A DNA stretch of 32,000 nucleotides from a cyanobacterium endosymbiont of Braarudosphaera bigelowii (GTDB lineage Bacteria; Cyanobacteriota; Cyanobacteriia; Cyanobacteriales; Microcystaceae): assembly GCF_020885515.1 (NCBI RefSeq), contig NZ_AP024987.1:1170001-1202000 (forward strand), in the 5' to 3' direction. A program made the position numbers and the translations under genes. The stretch's first letter is position 1, and every line of letters starts with the position of its first letter. Below, one piece after another: positions 30,256 to 32,000 of the stretch. The notes under the pieces are model-generated. The model searched no databases and had not been told where the DNA came from. It saw only the letters and a program-made list of their open reading frames with translations.

Positions 30256-32000
30256 ATGGCAAAAGGTACTGAGGCGAGAGCTAAGGTTATAGTAGATATC
30301 GATCCAGTGCCCACCTCTTTTGAAAAATGGGGTGAGCCAGGACATTTTGATCGCACTTTGGTTCGAGGTCCCAAAACTACTACTTGGATTTGGAACCTCC
30401 ATGCTAATGCACACGATTTTGATAGTCAAACAGATGATCTAGAAGATGTTTCACGGAAAATTTTCAGTGCGCACTTTGGTCATCTAGCCGTTATTTTTGT
30501 TTGGCTGAGCGGCATGTTTTTTCATGGCGCAAAATTTTCTAATTATGAAGCGTGGTTAACTAACCCAACACTTATCAAGCCTAGCGCTCAAGTTGTTTGG
30601 CCAGTCGTAGGCCAAGGAATTTTAAACGGAGATATGGGTGGTGGTTTTCATGGTATTCAGATCACCTCTGGTCTGTTCTATCTATGGAGATCCTCAGGTT
30701 ATACTAATAGCTATCAACTCTATGCTACTGCCATTGGTGCATTAGTCATGGCTGCTTTAATGTTGTTTGCTGGATGGTTCCATTACCATAAAAAAGCTCC
30801 CAAGCTTGAATGGTTTCAGAACGTGGAATCCATGCTTAATCATCATGTAGCGGGAATATTAGGATTAGGTTGCCTTTCTTGGGCAGGTCATTTAATTCAT
30901 GTTTCTTTACCAGTTAATAAGTTGTTAGATGCTGGGGTAGCTATCAAGGATATCCCTCTTCCTCATGAGTTTTTCGATGCTAGCAAAATGGCCGAATTAT
31001 ATCCAAGTTTTGCTAACGGAGTAACTCCTTTCTTTACTTTGAATTGGGGAGCATATTCAGATTTCTTAACTTTTAATGGTGGACTAAATCCACAGACAGG
31101 AAGCTTGTGGCTTACTGATATAGCTCATCACCATTTAGCAGTTGCTGTCCTTTTTATAATTGGCGGCCATGTTTATAGAACTAACTGGAATATTGGTCAT
31201 GGGATGAAAGAGCTTCTTGATGCTCATCAAGGTCCTCTTACAGGAGAAGGTCATAAAGGCTTATATGAAATTTTAACTACTTCATGGCATGCCCAGTTAG
31301 CAGTCAATTTAGCGCTGTTAGGGTCATTGAGTATCATAATAGCTCAGCATATGTATGCTATGCCTCCTTACCCTTATTTGGCAACTGATTATGCGACTCA
31401 GCTATCTTTATTTACCCATCATATGTGGATTGGTGGATTTTTAATAGTTGGTGCTGGTGCGCATGGTGCAATCTTTATGATAAGAGATTACAATCCTGCC
31501 CAAAATGTCGATAACCTCTTGGATAGAGTAATTCGTCATCGTGACGCAATAATCTCCCATCTTAATTGGGTTTGTATGTTTCTTGGTTTTCATAGTTTTG
31601 GACTCTATGTTCACAACGATACTATGAGAGCACTAGGACGTCCACAAGACATGTTTTCAGATTCAGCTATTCAATTACAGCCAATTTTTGCTCAATGGTT
31701 GCAGAATATTCACACACTAGCACCTAGTGGAACAGCACCTCATGCACTAGCAACTGCTAGCTATGCTTTCGGTGGTGATACTATTGCAATTGCTGATAAA
31801 GTTGCTATGATGCCTATTACTTTAGGAACAGCTGATTTCATGATTCATCATGTTCATGCTTTTACTATTCATGTAACTGTTCTTATTCTTTTAAAAGGTG
31901 TACTGTATGCTCGTAGTTCTCGTCTTATTCCAGACAAGAATGAACTAGGATTCAGATTCTCTTGTGATGGTCCTGGACGAGGCGGTACTTGCCAAGTTTC
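30256..32000 (+). CDS. psaA: Photosystem I P700 chlorophyll a apoprotein A1 (PsaA), 3' end truncated by window edge
   Basis: A continuous open frame read by hand from ATG 30256 to the window end (not in the supplied ORF track): [100 protein letters not shown] ... [29 protein letters not shown] ... [17 protein letters not shown]. This is unmistakably PsaA. The frame has no ATG between the upstream in-frame stop (TAA 30127-30129) and 30256. Confidence 0.97.
   Translation, partial: MAKGTEARAKVIVDIDPVPTSFEKWGEPGHFDRTLVRGPKTTTWIWNLHANAHDFDSQTDDLEDVSRKIFSAHFGHLAVIFVWLSGMFFHGAKFSNYEAWLTNPTLIKPSAQVVWPVVGQGILNGDMGGGFHGIQITSGLFYLWRSSGYTNSYQLYATAIGALVMAALMLFAGWFHYHKKAPKLEWFQNVESMLNHHVAGILGLGCLSWAGHLIHVSLPVNKLLDAGVAIKDIPLPHEFFDASKMAELYPSFANGVTPFFTLNWGAYSDFLTFNGGLNPQTGSLWLTDIAHHHLAVAVLFIIGGHVYRTNWNIGHGMKELLDAHQGPLTGEGHKGLYEILTTSWHAQLAVNLALLGSLSIIIAQHMYAMPPYPYLATDYATQLSLFTHHMWIGGFLIVGAGAHGAIFMIRDYNPAQNVDNLLDRVIRHRDAIISHLNWVCMFLGFHSFGLYVHNDTMRALGRPQDMFSDSAIQLQPIFAQWLQNIHTLAPSGTAPHALATASYAFGGDTIAIADKVAMMPITLGTADFMIHHVHAFTIHVTVLILLKGVLYARSSRLIPDKNELGFRFSCDGPGRGGTCQV

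Noticed and set aside
30145-30429. 94-aa minus-strand ORF over the psaA 5' end
   Set aside because: It is antisense to the conserved PsaA start region, and psaA itself is the real gene. An antisense transcript is possible but nothing in the sequence supports a protein.
1-32000. CRISPR array, IS element/transposase, phage or toxin-antitoxin/defence island
   Set aside because: No spaced direct repeats, transposase-like ORFs, integrases or defence domains are visible. The gene order is ordinary housekeeping.
1-32000. tRNA, rRNA, tmRNA, 6S or Yfr1-type RNAs in the spacers
   Set aside because: No GTTCRAATC-type T-loop with acceptor pairing and no ACTCCTCACAC Yfr1 core was found by eye. This was not an exhaustive scan; tRNAscan-SE and Infernal would be decisive.
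1-32000. HIP1 (GCGATCGC) repeats common in many cyanobacteria
   Set aside because: None spotted. The absence is compatible with the lineage and low GC but is not informative on its own.

Overview
This is an AT-rich bacterial chromosome window with strong cyanobacterial signatures. It holds about 22 supportable protein-coding genes, nearly all housekeeping: lspA, bioY, def, trpS, metK, rsmH, a DUF4168-like small protein, gnd, a DUF697-type GTPase, argC, an LCP/LytR-CpsA-Psr protein, tkt, ftsH, a TPR protein, an orphan periplasmic binding protein, a small decapeptide-repeat protein, mnmE, a CobW-family GTPase, gloB, a GH38 alpha-mannosidase, ruvA, and the 5' part of psaA. psaA runs off the right edge and is missing from the supplied ORF track. 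Gene content, low GC and roughly 78% coding density fit a reduced-genome unicellular diazotroph relative (UCYN-A-like or Crocosphaera-lineage). That placement is inference only, since no marker here is diagnostic. I found no CRISPR array, transposon, phage module, rRNA/tRNA or defence-like cluster, and no convincing evidence of a new multi-gene system. The items most worth a second look are: (1) PsaA divergence, including a Ser in place of the expected Pro just before the Fx-ligand loop ([12 protein letters not shown]) and an atypical N-terminus; (2) a series of long, perfect, AT-rich hairpins (16-28 bp stems), most at gene ends but two in divergent promoter-side spacers where a normal terminator is not expected; (3) a small protein built of regular 10-aa G/M-rich repeats; (4) a large GH38 mannosidase and a permease-less binding protein kept in an otherwise slim gene set; (5) several long ORF-free spacers.
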